Of a stretch of DNA of 64,000 nt, positions 39,285 through 48,460 are shown piece after piece. The DNA comes from an uncultured Actinomycetota bacterium. Lineage in GTDB: Bacteria; Actinomycetota; UBA4738; HRBIN12. Below the pieces are notes generated by a model. The model worked only from the letters and a program-made list of their open reading frames with translations, was not told the DNA's origin and made no database searches. The translations under genes were made by a program, and so were the position numbers. Position 1 is the first letter of the stretch. Every line of letters begins with the position of its first letter. The stretch lies in contig CAWBIH010000002.1 of assembly GCA_963788925.1 (NCBI GenBank), positions 664,115 through 728,114 on the forward strand. The letters are read 5' to 3'.

Positions 39285-40267
39285 CGGAACCCTCCCTGGT
39301 AGTGGACCCACCGTCGCGACGTCCTGATGATCACGATCGTGCAGGCCATGATGATCAGGAAGAGGATCCAGGCCATCGCCGAGGCATAGCCCATCTGGAA
39401 GTGGGCGAACCCCTTGATGTACAGGTGCAGCGAATAGAAGAGCGTCGACTCCTCGGGCCCGCCGATGTTCGACGCCGCGCCACCCGTCGGCTGGCCGGAC
39501 ACCGCGAAGCTCGCGATGTAGGCCTGCGTGAAGTACTGGAACCCGGCGATCACCCCGATCAGGACCGAGAAGAACATCACGGGGGAGACCATCGGCAGGG
39601 TGATGTAGCGGAACCGTTGCCACGCGCCGGCGCCCTCGATCTCGGCCGCCTCGTAGAGCTGCCGAGGGACATCCAGGAGGCCGGCGAGGAAGATCATCAT
39701 CGTCTGGCCGACGCCCCACAGGCTGAGGAAGACGAGGCCCCACTTCGACCAGAAGGCGCTGAAGAACCACAGGGGCGGATTGTCGACGCCGAGCGTCTTG
39801 AGCCCCTGGTTGATCGGCCCGAACGTGGGGTTGAACAGGTAGACGAATCCCAGCGCCGCCGCGACCGGCGGCACCATGGTGGGCAGGAAGAGGAACGTCC
39901 GGTAGTAGCGGGACCCTCGCTTCGGTCGCGTGAGCAGCCAGGCGAGCGAGAGTGAGGTCACGATCTGCAGGGGAACACCCACCGCGATGATCCACACCGT
40001 GTTCCGCATCGCCTGCCAGAACATCGGATCCTTGGTGAACATGAACCGGTAGTTCTGGAGGCCCACCCACGTGGGGTCCTCGAGAAGGTCGTAGTTGGTG
40101 AACGAGTAATAGAGGCTCGCGATCATCGGATACGCGATGAAGACCGCGAATCCGATCACCGCCGGGAGCATGAACAAGGAGACCGTGGCGTAGTGGCGCC
40201 CGCGGCGCCGCGCCGGCCGTCTCTTCGAGACGGGCCGGCGCGCCGCCGCCGTCAATGTGCCGGCGAT
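39281..40267 (-). CDS. Carbohydrate ABC permease (MalF/CsnF-like); start ATC 40267 or TTG 40255
   Basis: WVGLQNY, LYEAAEIEGAG, MGYASAMAW. Confidence 0.92.
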   Translation of the reverse strand: MAGTLTAAARRPVSKRRPARRRGRHYATVSLFMLPAVIGFAVFIAYPMIASLYYSFTNYDLLEDPTWVGLQNYRFMFTKDPMFWQAMRNTVWIIAVGVPLQIVTSLSLAWLLTRPKRGSRYYRTFLFLPTMVPPVAAALGFVYLFNPTFGPINQGLKTLGVDNPPLWFFSAFWSKWGLVFLSLWGVGQTMMIFLAGLLDVPRQLYEAAEIEGAGAWQRFRYITLPMVSPVMFFSVLIGVIAGFQYFTQAYIASFAVSGQPTGGAASNIGGPEESTLFYSLHLYIKGFAHFQMGYASAMAWILFLIIMACTIVIIRTSRRWVHYQGGFR

Positions 40268-40283
40268 CGCTCCTCCTTCGCGA

Positions 40284-41636
40284 TCAACCGCCCGCCTGCG
40301 CGAGCTGGTCGTCGATCTGTTTCGCGACGTCCGCGAGACCGGTTTCGAGGTCGGTGATCCGACCAGACTGCCACTTCGCCGCGAAGCTCGACAGGAGGTC
40401 CTGATCCGCGGAGCCGAGCACCGACATGTCCTTGTAATGGGAGTTCGGGTTCGAGAACACATCGAGGAACGTGTCGAACTGCTCCGGCAACGACAGGTCC
40501 GGTGACTCGAGCGAGTCGAAGGTGGTCGGCACATTGCCGATCGCGTTCGCGGCTTCGACGAGACTCCCGGTGTTGGTCGCCATGAACTTCACGAGCAGCC
40601 ATGCCTCGGCTTCATGCGCCGATCCGCGGGGGATCCCGATGATCGTCCCGCCGACGCGGCCGATCCCGTAGAGATCCTCCCTGCCGTCCGGGACCGGCGA
40701 GGGCGCCGTCCCGTAGTTCAGCTCGGGCGTGCCGTTCTTGATGAACGCCGTCCGCCACTCGCCGTCCAGTGCCATCGCGATGCGGCCGAGCTGGAAGTCC
40801 TGGCTCGCCTCTCCCCATTCGTCGCCCTGGCCGGCGACGAACTTCTTCAGGTTGTCGACGCCGTAGAAGTCGACGAGGTCCTTCTGCCAACGGAACATGG
40901 CGGCCCAGTCCGGGTCCGTCCCCATCGCGGCCGTCCCGTCGTCGTTGTACCAGTCGGCGTCCCAGGCGATCGAGTGATTCAGCGGATCTCCGTTGACGTA
41001 GTAGTTCCCGAACCACGGCACGAACCCCGCGACCTTGATCGACCCGTCCGGGTTGAACTCGGTGAGATCCTTCGCCATCGCTGTCAGCTCGGAATACGTC
41101 TTGGGTGGCTCGGAGTACCCCTTGGCCTCCAGGAGATCCTTGTTGTAGTAGAGACCGACCGCGTCGGTGAGGAACGGGAAGGCGCAGCGCTTCCCGCCGA
41201 AGCCGGTGTAGCGCTCGACCGACGGTGGGAACACGGCGGAGATATCCATACCGTCCTGCTCGATGTACGGCGTCAGGTCCTGCCAGGCACCCGTGTCACA
41301 GAAGGCGGCGAGGTCGTCCAACGCCCACGACATCGTGGCGTCGGGCGGCGTACCGGCCCTGATCGCGGCCAGCACCTTCGCGTCGTCCTCGACCCCGGTC
41401 GTCACCTTGATCGTGATCCAGGGGTACTCGGCTTCGAAGGCGTCGAACGTCGCCTGGACGCCCGCCACCTCGTGATCCGCGCTGAAGGGGATCCACATCT
41501 CCAGCGTGACCGGGTCGTGTTCCGCGTTGGGGTCGACGGACGGTGGCGGCTCGTCGGTGCCCCCACCCGCGGTGCAGGCTGCGGCGAACAACGCGAACGA
41601 TGCCGCCACCGCCATCAGCGCGACGCGACGTTTCAT
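40284..41636 (-). CDS. Sugar ABC transporter substrate-binding lipoprotein (CsnE-like)
   Basis: Lipobox FAAAC, GLYYNKDLL, G.IAMALDGEWR. Confidence 0.92.
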   Translation of the reverse strand: MKRRVALMAVAASFALFAAACTAGGGTDEPPPSVDPNAEHDPVTLEMWIPFSADHEVAGVQATFDAFEAEYPWITIKVTTGVEDDAKVLAAIRAGTPPDATMSWALDDLAAFCDTGAWQDLTPYIEQDGMDISAVFPPSVERYTGFGGKRCAFPFLTDAVGLYYNKDLLEAKGYSEPPKTYSELTAMAKDLTEFNPDGSIKVAGFVPWFGNYYVNGDPLNHSIAWDADWYNDDGTAAMGTDPDWAAMFRWQKDLVDFYGVDNLKKFVAGQGDEWGEASQDFQLGRIAMALDGEWRTAFIKNGTPELNYGTAPSPVPDGREDLYGIGRVGGTIIGIPRGSAHEAEAWLLVKFMATNTGSLVEAANAIGNVPTTFDSLESPDLSLPEQFDTFLDVFSNPNSHYKDMSVLGSADQDLLSSFAAKWQSGRITDLETGLADVAKQIDDQLAQAGG

Positions 41637-41718
41637 CCCACTCTCCCTTCCCTCGTGGCCTTCGCACTCGAGCTCTCGCCCGAGCGGGCGACGGCGCCTG
41701 CACGACACCTGTTCCCGT

Positions 41719-42930
41719 TCATCTCCTGTTCCCGTGACCTCCTGCCTCTGCTCCTCGCGCGAACAACAGCGTTTGCGCCGACTGCAGCGCCGTCGCCACC
41801 GCCCCGTGGAGGCTGGCCTCCTCGCCGAGAACGGATACGTCGATCCGCGGACGGAACGGCGAGATGCTGGCGAGCTCGCTCTCGACGCGCTCGAGAAGCA
41901 AGTCACCGTTGCTGCCGATCCCCCCGCCGAGCACGACGAGCTCGGGGTCGATGACCGGGACGATGGCGGCGATCGCCAACGCGATCCGACCGGCTTCGAG
42001 CTCGACCACACGCTGGGCGACGGGATCTCCTCGCCTCGCCGCCGCGAACACACGCTTCGCCGAAAGTGGTCCTTCCATGCCCAGATCTCGGGCCGCCGCG
42101 ACCACGCCGGTGGCGCCGGCCGCGGCGTCGAGTGCGCCGAGGCGACGCGACACCGGGTCGCGTGGATCCTCGGTCGCGAGGGGGAGATAGCCCACCTCGC
42201 CGGCTGCGCCCGCGTGTCCCCGGAAGAGCTCTCCGTTGAGCACGAGGCCCGCGCCGACCCCGGTCCCCACGTGGAGGTACGCGAAATTGGCGACGTTCTT
42301 CCCGAGCCCTCGCCACTGCTCGCCGAGGGCGGCGAGGTTGACGTCGTTCTCGAAGGCGATCTTGGTTCCCAGCTCCTCCTGCACGGATTCGACGAGCCCG
42401 GTCCTGCCCCATCCGGGGAGCGCATACGCGAGCTCCACGGTGCCCTTGGCGGGGTGGAAGACACCGGGGCTCCCGACGGTCGCGAAGGTCACCTGTTTCC
42501 ACCGGATGTGCGCCTCCGCGGCGAGGCCGTGCGCGATCTGGCCGATCTGCGAGATCAGCGCGCGCTGGCTCTTCACCATCGTGCGTTCGTCACGCCTGGC
42601 GACGATGTCGCCGGAGAGGTTCGCGATCGCCGCCCGCACCCAGGCGCGACCGATATCGATGCCGACCACCCAGCCGGCGCGCGGGTTCAGCTCGTAGAGG
42701 ATCGCGGCCGGTCCACGCTTGCCGCTCGCTCTCCCGGCCTCCCGGACCAGACCTGCCTCGAGCAGCGTGGCGAGCGCTTGCGACACCGTGGGCTTGGAGA
42801 GGTCGCTGTCGCGGGCGATCTGGGCCCTCGAGACGGGGCCCATCCGCCGCACGAACTCGAGCACGGAACGCTCGTTGATGGCACGCAGGAGGCTCGGTGT
42901 CCCGCCGGCGAACGTCTCGTCGAGGCTCGT
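41719..42930 (-). CDS. ROK-family repressor (CsnR-like); probable ACG start
   Basis: GTPSLLRAINERSVL, HTH SRAQIARDSDLSKPTVS, FENDVNLAALGE, AGEVGYL. Confidence 0.92.
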   Translation of the reverse strand, partial: TSLDETFAGGTPSLLRAINERSVLEFVRRMGPVSRAQIARDSDLSKPTVSQALATLLEAGLVREAGRASGKRGPAAILYELNPRAGWVVGIDIGRAWVRAAIANLSGDIVARRDERTMVKSQRALISQIGQIAHGLAAEAHIRWKQVTFATVGSPGVFHPAKGTVELAYALPGWGRTGLVESVQEELGTKIAFENDVNLAALGEQWRGLGKNVANFAYLHVGTGVGAGLVLNGELFRGHAGAAGEVGYLPLATEDPRDPVSRRLGALDAAAGATGVVAAARDLGMEGPLSAKRVFAAARRGDPVAQRVVELEAGRIALAIAAIVPVIDPELVVLGGGIGSNGDLLLERVESELASISPFRPRIDVSVLGEEASLHGAVATALQSAQTLLFARGAEAGGHGNRR

Positions 42931-42977
42931 CGCTCCCCCCTCCCGCGCCCTGGAGCCGCGTGTGTGACTTCGTACTC

Positions 42978-42994
42978 TCAGGAAAGTTTCCTAA
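42978..42994. promoter_or_regulatory. CsnR-type operator TCAGGAAAGTTTCCTAA
   Basis: AGGAAA-N-TTTCCT palindrome between the divergent ROK and aldolase genes. Confidence 0.85.
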
Positions 42995-43006
42995 CTATTG
43001 GGCGGG

Positions 43007-43016
43007 ATGCTACGCT
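43007..43016. promoter_or_regulatory. Overlapping divergent -10 elements (TAGCAT on -, TACGCT on +)
   Basis: ATGCTACGCT; the two hexamers share a TA. Confidence 0.55.
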
Positions 43017-43079
43017 CGCCGCCCGCACCACGTCAAGAGAGTCGGATGATGCATCCGCGTCGAGAGCGAGGAGGTCGCG

Positions 43080-43700
43080 GTGGCCGGATGGGATGCCTCC
43101 GCCAGGCTCCTCGGTATCGTCCGGTATCGAGCCGCCGGGGACGTCGACGGCGCGCTCGGAGCGCTGGTGCGCGGAGGGATCGACGTCGTCGAGGTGACAC
43201 TGGACACCCCAGGGTCGCTGGACGCGGTGGAGCGAGGACGCCGTTCCGGGTGGACGATCGGCGTCGGCACGGCTCTCGAGCCCGACCACGTCGACCGGAG
43301 CGTCGACGCGGGAGCCGCGTTCGTGGTGAGTCCCGGCGTGGTGCCCGGCGTGGTCGAGCGAGCACACGAGCTGGGCGTCGACATCGTGCCGGGGGCGTTC
43401 ACCCCGACCGAGGTCATCCGCGCTCATGCGATGGGGGTGTCCGCCGTCAAGCTGTTCCCGGCCTCGCTCGGGGGTCCCGGGTACGTGCGTGCCCTCCTCG
43501 GACCGCTCGCCGGAGTGCCGCTCGTCCCGACGGGCGGCATCGCGATCCATGAGGTGAACGGCTACCTCGACGCCGGTGCCGCGTGCGTCGGGCTCGGCGG
43601 TGCGCTCGCCGGCGAGAGACCCCCCGCGAACGACGCGGAGCTCGACGCGATCACCGAGCGGGCCGCGGCCGCGGTCGCCGTGATCGCGGACCGGCCGTGA
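43080..43700 (+). CDS. eda: KDPG/KHG aldolase (Eda family)
   Basis: VEVTLDTP, GVGT, FVVSP, PGAFTPTE, VKLFPA, PTGGI. Confidence 0.9.
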   Translation: MAGWDASARLLGIVRYRAAGDVDGALGALVRGGIDVVEVTLDTPGSLDAVERGRRSGWTIGVGTALEPDHVDRSVDAGAAFVVSPGVVPGVVERAHELGVDIVPGAFTPTEVIRAHAMGVSAVKLFPASLGGPGYVRALLGPLAGVPLVPTGGIAIHEVNGYLDAGAACVGLGGALAGERPPANDAELDAITERAAAAVAVIADRP

Positions 43701-44587
43701 CCGACACCCCCGATGTGATCGCGATCGGCGAGACGATGTTCTCGCTGGTGGCTCTGGACGGGTCGCTCGACGAAGCGGCCACCTTCCGCGCGACCCACGG
43801 CGGTGCCGAGAGCAACACGTGCGTGGCGCTCACACGACTGGGCACGAGCGCCGCGTGGGTGAGTCGCCTGGGCACGGATCCTCCAGGGGACCGGATCATG
43901 GCCGCGCTCGGGGCTGAACGGGTGGGGCTGTCGTGGGTGAAGAGGGATCCCGGCCGGCCGACCGGGCTCATGCTCCGCGACACGGTCGGCACGGTGCGGT
44001 ACTACCGGACCGGCTCGGCGGCCAGCGCCCTCTCGCCCGTCGATCTCGTGGGAGTCCCGGTCGAAGACGCTCGTGCGGTCATCGCCACGGGCATCACCCC
44101 ACTGCTCGGTCCAGATCCGGGACGAGCCATCCATGAGCTGTTCCGCCGTGCCCGCGGGATGCGTGTCCTCGATCTGAACCTTCGCCGGGGCCTGTGGGGC
44201 TCCGATCGCACCGTCGCCTTGATCGAGCCTCTGCTCGGTTCGTGCGATCTCGTCCTCGGCGGCATCGACGAGTTCCGTGCGTTCGAGGATGCACCGACGA
44301 TCCAGGAGTTGGCTCGAGCCTTCGCGCAGCGTGGACCTCGCGAGATCGTCGTGAAAGGGGGGAGGTCGGGCGCCGGCGCGCTCGATCCCGAGGGTATTTG
44401 GCACGAGATCGCGCCGGCGCCCGTCGAGGACATGGACCCGGTCGGCGCGGGCGACGCATTCGACGGTGGGTATCTCCACGCCCGCCTGCACGACGCGGAC
44501 GTGCCGGAGGCGCTCCTCGAGGGAGCCCGGTGCGGCGCCGCGGTGGCCGCGACCGTCGGGGACGCGGACGGCGTGCCGCGAGCGTGA
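43697..44587 (+). CDS. kdgK: PfkB-family sugar kinase, 2-keto-3-deoxygluconate kinase-like
   Basis: GGAESN, YYR.GSAAS, DLNLRRGLW, DPVGAGDAF; coupled to eda. Confidence 0.82.
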   Translation: MTDTPDVIAIGETMFSLVALDGSLDEAATFRATHGGAESNTCVALTRLGTSAAWVSRLGTDPPGDRIMAALGAERVGLSWVKRDPGRPTGLMLRDTVGTVRYYRTGSAASALSPVDLVGVPVEDARAVIATGITPLLGPDPGRAIHELFRRARGMRVLDLNLRRGLWGSDRTVALIEPLLGSCDLVLGGIDEFRAFEDAPTIQELARAFAQRGPREIVVKGGRSGAGALDPEGIWHEIAPAPVEDMDPVGAGDAFDGGYLHARLHDADVPEALLEGARCGAAVAATVGDADGVPRA

Positions 44588-44831
44588 CATCAGTCATGAT
44601 CTTGAAAGGCTCTTCGAGAACGCGAGAGAGAGGGGGCCCGCTGCTTGGAAGGTGACGGTGGTGTACGCGCTCGCGTGCACGTTCTGGCAGATCCACCACC
44701 ACACCGATGACGTGACCCGCCAGCTCGACCGCGCCGAGCGCGTCCTCGATCGGTTCGAGACCTAGGAAGCGGCGGCCGTGGCCGAACGCGCAGGGACGCA
44801 CGTGAGTAGCGACGTTCTCGGTTGACCTCGG

Positions 44832-46115
44832 TCAGAAGTACGTGGCGACGGCGTCGATGACGCGGTCGTCGTCGTCGAGCACGGGGATCACTCGCCACTT
44901 GTCGAGCGCGGTGCAGGGATGGGAAAGGCCGCACCCGACCAGGTCGCCGGGTTCGATCGAGACCTCTGCCGGGATCCGGCAGTAGGCGTGCTGGTCGTTC
45001 AGCCGCTCGACGACCAGGTCACCCGCGACGTCGAGACGTTCTCCGGACCGGCGCCGGAGCGTGAACGGCGTGGGAAGGTCCTGGTCGAACGGCACGTCCC
45101 GCCGCCCGAACCCGAGGATCGCGACCTCCGGCTCGGGACGAGAGAGCACGGCGCCCCACGCCTCGATCGCCGGGTGGAAACGGTGCCCCGGCTCGAGGTG
45201 GGCGAACGGCGACATGCGTTCGTTCATCCCCGCGTCGTGAGCGACGTAGCTCCCCGAGCGGAGAAGGACGCGGTCGGCGACGCCGCCGGACGGCCCGAGA
45301 CGTTCCACGACGAGATCGAAGAACGCGCTGCCTCCCGCACTCACCCACCCTTCGTCGGTCTCCACGAGGCCGTCGGTACGAAGGCGGGAGGTGAGCTCCC
45401 CGAGTCGGTCGAGGAAGACGCCGACCTCCTCGAGGCAGGCCGGTGTGCGGTCGTGGCAGATCGTCCCTTCGTAGCCCGTCGCACCCGCCAGGACGAGTTG
45501 GGGCGTCTTCGTCACCAGGCGAGCGACCTCGAGCGCGTGGTCTTCCGTGCGGGATCCGGTGCGCCCGCCGGGATGGCCGAGCTCGACGAGGACGGGGAGC
45601 GGGCGGGGCACTCCTTCGATCCCTACCGCGAGCAGCTCCACGCCGCGCGGCGAATCCACCGAGCACACGATGTCGACACCGGAGTCACGGAGTTGTACCG
45701 CGATCCATCCCACCGCGGTTCCGTCGGTCACCTCGTTCGCGATCAGGATGCGTGGCACGCCGGCGGCGACCATCACCCTGGCTTGCCCGACCGTCGCGGC
45801 CGTGATGCCCCACGCGCCGGCGTCGAGCTGGCGCCGCCAGAGCTGCGGCGCCATCGTGGTCTTCCCGTGCGGCGCCAGCTCGACGCCGTGGTCGAGGCAG
45901 TACTCGGCCATCAGGGCGACGTTGTGAGCGAGCGCTGACTCCCGCAGCACAAGGACGGGTGGGAGGAGATCTTCGAGTGACCATCCCTGTTCCGCGACCT
46001 CGGCGAGCGGTATCGGTTCGTCGACGGTAGGGAAGCCCTTCGTGGTCGCGTCCACCCGAGCGTCGCGTGACGCGTCGAGCGTGCGCGCCCGCCCGGCTGG
46101 GGGATCGGCGCTCAT
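44832..46115 (-). CDS. Fold-type III PLP D-amino-acid deaminase (D-serine deaminase-like / D-glucosaminate ammonia-lyase candidate)
   Basis: LAPHGKTTMAPQL, ANE, GRTG, GYEG, SAGGS, RSGSY..HD, LNDQH, SHPCT.DKW. Confidence 0.85.
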   Translation of the reverse strand: MSADPPAGRARTLDASRDARVDATTKGFPTVDEPIPLAEVAEQGWSLEDLLPPVLVLRESALAHNVALMAEYCLDHGVELAPHGKTTMAPQLWRRQLDAGAWGITAATVGQARVMVAAGVPRILIANEVTDGTAVGWIAVQLRDSGVDIVCSVDSPRGVELLAVGIEGVPRPLPVLVELGHPGGRTGSRTEDHALEVARLVTKTPQLVLAGATGYEGTICHDRTPACLEEVGVFLDRLGELTSRLRTDGLVETDEGWVSAGGSAFFDLVVERLGPSGGVADRVLLRSGSYVAHDAGMNERMSPFAHLEPGHRFHPAIEAWGAVLSRPEPEVAILGFGRRDVPFDQDLPTPFTLRRRSGERLDVAGDLVVERLNDQHAYCRIPAEVSIEPGDLVGCGLSHPCTALDKWRVIPVLDDDDRVIDAVATYF

Positions 46116-47383
46116 CCGCGCGGCGAGATGCGCGGGAGAAAGGGGCGGTTGACCTCGAGCAGCGCATCCAGCAAGGGGGCGGCCCCGGCGTAGTCGCCAA
46201 CGAGCGGGTTGGCGATCAGGGCCTTGAGAGCCACGGTCCGGTCGCCGGTCTTCGCGGCTTCGATGGCGAGGCGCTCGTAGGCCTTCGCGTGCTGGACGAT
46301 GCCGAGCATCTCCGGCGCGAGCGGGGCCGTCGGCTCCGGGTGCGCGCCGTCGCGATCGATGCGCGCGGGGATCTCCACGATGTCGTCGTCGGGGAGGTTG
46401 GGGATCGCGCCGGCGTTCCGGACGTTCACGACCTGGACGTCCCCGGTGCCCGCGTACAGCGACGCCACGAGGGCGGCGGCGGCTTCCGAGTAGAAGGCGC
46501 CGCCTCGCTCCTCCAGGAGCTTCGGCTTCTCGTCGAGGGCCGGATCGCGGTAGAGCTCCAGGAGGCCCGCCTCGATCTCCATCACCTCCTCCGCCCTGCT
46601 CCGATGGGTGCGCTGATGCTCCACTACCTCCGAGGGGAAGTAGTAGTAGTGCAGGTACGGGCTCGGGATCGCGTCGAGCATCCGGACGAGCTCCGGCGGG
46701 AACTCATCAGCACCGGGATACGAGGCGGGGTCCTCGACGATGTCCGCCATCCGATCTTCTCCGTCCACGAAGACGGACCGTTCCCAGGTCAGGTGGTTCA
46801 GGCCCACGTGGTCGAGGGTGACCCGGTCGTGCTCGACCCCGAACCGTTCCGCCAGCCGCCGTTGGAGCGAGATCGCGACGTTGCAGAGCCCGATCGCCCG
46901 ATGGCCGTCGTCCAGGAGCGCTTGCGTCACGAGGCCGGTGGGGTTGGTGAAGTCGACGAACCACGCGCCGGGAGCGCCACGCCGCGCCGTCTCCTCGGCC
47001 AGCTCGAGGACGACCGGCACGGTGCGGAGCGCCTTCGCGAATCCTCCCGCGCCGGTGGTCTCCTGGCCGATGAAACCGAATCGGCCGGGGATCGTCTCGT
47101 CGGACAGACGAGCGGTCTGGCCTCCGACCCGGAGCTGCACGATCACGAAGTGCGCGCCCTCCAGAGCCTCGTCCCGGCGATCGGTGAGGACGAGCCGACC
47201 GGCCCATCCGACGCGACGGAGCATCCGGTCCGCCAGGGCACCGACGATCTCCAGGCGCTCGGGATCGGGATCGAGCAGGACGAGCTCGTCCACCGGGAGC
47301 CGGTCGGCGCGAGTCACCAGGCCTTCCACGAGCTCCGGCGTGTACGTGCTCCCCCCGCCGGCAACGGACACCTTCACACCCAC
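46112..47383 (-). CDS. Family 4 glycoside hydrolase (6-phospho-beta-glucosidase / CsnH-like)
   Basis: GGGSTYTPE, GQETTGAGG, FTNP, GLCN, GLNHLTW, RGGAFYSE. Confidence 0.93.
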   Translation of the reverse strand: MGVKVSVAGGGSTYTPELVEGLVTRADRLPVDELVLLDPDPERLEIVGALADRMLRRVGWAGRLVLTDRRDEALEGAHFVIVQLRVGGQTARLSDETIPGRFGFIGQETTGAGGFAKALRTVPVVLELAEETARRGAPGAWFVDFTNPTGLVTQALLDDGHRAIGLCNVAISLQRRLAERFGVEHDRVTLDHVGLNHLTWERSVFVDGEDRMADIVEDPASYPGADEFPPELVRMLDAIPSPYLHYYYFPSEVVEHQRTHRSRAEEVMEIEAGLLELYRDPALDEKPKLLEERGGAFYSEAAAALVASLYAGTGDVQVVNVRNAGAIPNLPDDDIVEIPARIDRDGAHPEPTAPLAPEMLGIVQHAKAYERLAIEAAKTGDRTVALKALIANPLVGDYAGAAPLLDALLEVNRPFLPRISPRG

Positions 47384-47391
47384 GGCACGGC

Positions 47392-47401
47392 ATCGTACAC
47401 T
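47392..47401. promoter_or_regulatory. Overlapping divergent -10 elements (TACGAT on -, TACACT on +) giving leaderless or near-leaderless mRNAs
   Basis: ATCGTACACT within a 24-nt intergenic gap; GTG 47408 follows TACACT after a 6-nt gap. Confidence 0.6.
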
Positions 47402-47407
47402 GCGGCC

Positions 47408-48460
47408 GTGAAATCGTTAGGAAAGTTTCCTGACTCTTTCTCCGCCGAGATCGCCGGACAGCCCGAGGCGCTCCGGCGGGCCGCGGCGGGCCTCGGTGAC
47501 CAGCGGGAGCAGCTTCGAAAGCTGGCCGGCCTCCTCACGAACGGCTCCGTGATCCTCACCGGGATGGGCGGCTCCTATGCCGCCTGCTACCCGCTCGCTG
47601 CCGACCTCGCCGAGGCCGGTCTCACGGCCATCACGCTCGGGTCCGCGGAGCTCCTCCACTTCCGCGCAGGGATCCTCGGCCCGTCGACGCCGGTGATCGC
47701 GGTGAGCCAGTCGGGCGAGAGCGCGGAGATCGTCCATCTCGCGGAGTCGCTTCGGCGACGTGAGGATGCCCCCTCGATCGTGGCCGTGACGAACGGGACG
47801 GACAACACCCTGGCTCGGACGGCGGACCTGGTGCTCGACACCCGGGCGGGCGAGGAGACGGGGCCCTCGACGGCGACGTTCGGCGGTGCGCTCGTCGTGC
47901 TCGCGGGGATCGGCAAGGTGTTGCGAGGGACCACACCCGACGCCGCGTTCGAGGCGCTGTCGGGAGAGGCGGAACGGGCGGCCGCTTCGATCGAGCGGCT
48001 CCTCGCGAACGAGACCCTCGGTGATGACGTCCTGGCGTGGCTCGGGCCGCGCGAGGACGTCGTGGTGCTCGGCCGCGGCCCGGCACGGGCCGCGGCCGAG
48101 ATGGCCGCTCTCACCTTGAAGGAGGCGGTCGGCTTGCCCGCGGAGGCGCTCGAGACCGCACAGTTCCGGCACGGACCACTCGAGCTCGCCGGTCCGAACC
48201 TGGCGGCGATCGTGATCGCGACCGAACCCGAAACGGAGTCACTGGACGGGTCGCTCGCACACGAGCTCCGCGAGGCCGGCGTCGCCGTGCTCGAGATCAC
48301 CCGCGGGGAAGGGTCGTTCGGCATCGGCGCGATCGATCGCTCGATCGCTCCGGCCGTCTCGATCGTGCCGATCCAGCTCCTCGCCCACCGGCTCGCGATC
48401 GCCCACGGCCGTGAACCCGGTCTCTACGTCCATGCGGCGAAGGTGACGATCCGTGAGTGA
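47408..48460 (+). CDS. Double-SIS domain sugar-phosphate isomerase/deaminase (GlmD/AgaS-like)
   Basis: EIAGQPEAL, GMGGSY, VSQSGES, AVTN, E.ALTLKE, FRHGPLE, KVT. Confidence 0.88.
   Translation: MKSLGKFPDSFSAEIAGQPEALRRAAAGLGDQREQLRKLAGLLTNGSVILTGMGGSYAACYPLAADLAEAGLTAITLGSAELLHFRAGILGPSTPVIAVSQSGESAEIVHLAESLRRREDAPSIVAVTNGTDNTLARTADLVLDTRAGEETGPSTATFGGALVVLAGIGKVLRGTTPDAAFEALSGEAERAAASIERLLANETLGDDVLAWLGPREDVVVLGRGPARAAAEMAALTLKEAVGLPAEALETAQFRHGPLELAGPNLAAIVIATEPETESLDGSLAHELREAGVAVLEITRGEGSFGIGAIDRSIAPAVSIVPIQLLAHRLAIAHGREPGLYVHAAKVTIRE
47417..47433. promoter_or_regulatory. Second CsnR-type operator TTAGGAAAGTTTCCTGA
   Basis: Same palindrome as 42978-42994, lying in the first codons of the SIS gene. 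Confidence 0.85.

Noticed and set aside
40284-42464. 726-aa ORF for the solute-binding protein
   Set aside because: The N-terminal extension is an off-frame reading of the ROK gene; the true start is ATG 41636, with a lipoprotein signal.
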